Below are positions 25,406 through 26,679 of a DNA stretch of 26,679 nt, one piece after another. The translations under genes were made by a program, and so were the position numbers. Positions within the stretch are counted from its first letter, which is position 1, and each line of letters starts with the position of its first letter. The stretch lies in assembly GCA_964643165.1 (NCBI GenBank), contig CAZXPO010000001.1, forward strand, positions 1-26,679, in the 5' to 3' direction. The notes below the pieces were generated by a model. It did no database searches and was not told the DNA's origin. It saw only the letters and a list, made by a program, of their open reading frames with translations. This stretch comes from an uncultured Gammaproteobacteria bacterium (GTDB taxonomy: Bacteria; Patescibacteriota; Patescibacteriia; Patescibacteriales; UBA12465).

Positions 25406-26371
25406 TTAATAACTAACACTATAATAGCCTCTAGAAGACCTGCTTGGTGGTCTATTTCTACTATAATCTCTGACTTTCGGAGTCGGTTTGATATCAATAT
25501 CTTTTTGAACGATTGACACAACCTTGTCTCCTTCAACTAAGTGCTTAAGTACTTCTTTGGAAACTTTGTTTCCCTCATTATCAAGATATTCAATCTTGAT
25601 AGGATAGATACCTGCTCGAATTTTGGCAGGATCTATTTTGGCACTTTTTCTGCCAGACAATAAAGATATTCCATCAAAAGGATAGGAAACGATGGAAATT
25701 TTTCTATCAGTTCTATTTTCAACACAAATCTTTAGTTTTGCCGTTAGATCTTCTGTTTGTTTGGCATCTTCAATTGTTTTAATTCCTACTTTACAAAGAC
25801 ATGAACTATCCTGAATCGCAAAGAATTTGTAGTTTCTTTTATCAACCCCCTTGTTGTGGTCAGCGGTGTCGATAAAACTTTCAATCATTAAAGAATTTCT
25901 ACCAACCGGAAAATTAATTATTTGGCTTTCCTGATCTGGGCTTAAAGACAAACCATTTAGCGGTCCGTCCAAAATAGAAATCTCTTTTCCTGTTTGATTA
26001 ATAAATGAAACAAAGGCTCTGCCTTCTGGATAATTACATTTTTCAATTTTGGCTGCTTGGCACGGTTCGCGCAAATCACCAATTTTGTTGTATTTGCCGA
26101 TTTTAATTTCAGCTTTTTCAGTATTGCCACAAGCAGAATAATAGACTTCAATTTTGTGTTTTTCTTTGGCGGCCAACCTTTCGTTGTCGACTTTAATGTT
26201 AATAATTTCTCCTTTAGAAATAATAATATCTTCTCCAAATAAATCTGGAATATTTATTACTATTTCATCACTTAATGAATTATTAATAAATTTGATTTCT
26301 GTTGTTTGCGCTCTGAGAGTCAAACAAGCAAGCATAATAAAACTTATGCCCAAAAAAATGATTTTTTTCAT
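25406..26371 (-). CDS. Secreted hypothetical protein with three internal beta-rich repeats
   Basis: Signal peptide MKKIIFLGISFIMLACLTLRA-Q; three copies of a F/VxNxT/S..I.I...P..G..L motif; own promoter and terminator. Confidence 0.8.
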   Translation of the reverse strand: MKKIIFLGISFIMLACLTLRAQTTEIKFINNSLSDEIVINIPDLFGEDIIISKGEIINIKVDNERLAAKEKHKIEVYYSACGNTEKAEIKIGKYNKIGDLREPCQAAKIEKCNYPEGRAFVSFINQTGKEISILDGPLNGLSLSPDQESQIINFPVGRNSLMIESFIDTADHNKGVDKRNYKFFAIQDSSCLCKVGIKTIEDAKQTEDLTAKLKICVENRTDRKISIVSYPFDGISLLSGRKSAKIDPAKIRAGIYPIKIEYLDNEGNKVSKEVLKHLVEGDKVVSIVQKDIDIKPTPKVRDYSRNRPPSRSSRGYYSVSY

Positions 26372-26419
26372 GTTTTTTTATTTTTTGATTATTTAATTGT
26401 TAAGGTAATTTGACCCTTC

Positions 26420-26448
26420 ACATTATCATTACTGTCTAATTTTGTCAA
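26420..26448 (-). promoter_or_regulatory. sigma70 promoter for 25406..26371
   Basis: Minus strand TTGACA-N17-TAATGT preceded by TG. Confidence 0.6.
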
Positions 26449-26615
26449 GAACAGTTTTCTGATATCAAAAATCTTCGCCAGGCTTCTTTTTATTTTTCAA
26501 ATTTTAAAAAAATAATTAATACTTCTTTTTTTATTCAACGACACCAAAATCATAGAAGGCCGAATATCCCCAAAACCTCAATAAAACCGGTATTTTTATG
26601 AATCCCGAAAAACCC

Positions 26616-26644
26616 TTGACACAGAAATTAAAATCGTCTATATT
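26616..26644 (+). promoter_or_regulatory. sigma70 promoter for a transcript beyond the right edge
   Basis: TTGACA-N17-TATATT. Confidence 0.7.
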
Positions 26645-26679
26645 TATAACATCGCATTACAACAGAATCACTAAAACAG

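Noticed and set aside
26320-26371. Lipoprotein signal (MLAC) in the secreted repeat protein
   Set aside because: Poor lipobox, and a better signal peptidase I site (LRA-Q) follows; left unresolved.
462-26396. Short antisense or out-of-frame ORFs in the track (e.g. 573..941, 3936..4331, 9772..10185, 17607..17921, 25957..26238)
   Set aside because: All are nested in well-supported genes, lack recognisable motifs and look like shadows.
26400-26679. Replication origin or RNA gene in the AT-rich right end
   Set aside because: No DnaA boxes (TTATCCACA-like) or tRNA/rRNA structure seen; two divergent promoters account for part of the region.

Overview
AT-rich bacterial chromosome segment with 25 supportable CDS, 22 of them on the minus strand, standard code (TGA is used as stop). 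Gene content suggests a Patescibacteria/CPR (Parcubacteria-like) genome; this is inference from VirB2/TrbC-like pilin fusion proteins, a C-terminally short Rel, the lepB-hisS-rpsU order and near absence of Shine-Dalgarno (SD) sites. Order: two tandem pilin-anchored Cys/Ig-rich surface proteins (-), relA/spoT (+), a tightly packed minus-strand run abiEi-abiEii-M16 peptidase-UvrD/Fe-S nuclease fusion-ruvB-queA-lepB-hisS-like-rpsU, radC (+), three diverged paralogous hypotheticals (-), a small probably leaderless gene (+), O-antigen-ligase family, nucleotidyltransferase-like, rmuC, gyrA, membrane hypothetical, ndk, MBL-fold hydrolase and a three-repeat secreted protein (all -). No tRNA, rRNA, CRISPR array, integrase or transposase was seen. 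Best lead: rpsU (bS21) is the only gene with an SD, and a very strong one, which mirrors bS21 autoregulation in Flavobacteria and suggests a parallel circuit in this lineage. Other leads are a HisRS with degenerate catalytic motifs, a TA module heading a housekeeping gene run, and a paralogue array with shared cis-elements. All motif calls and alignments were made by eye; no searches were run.
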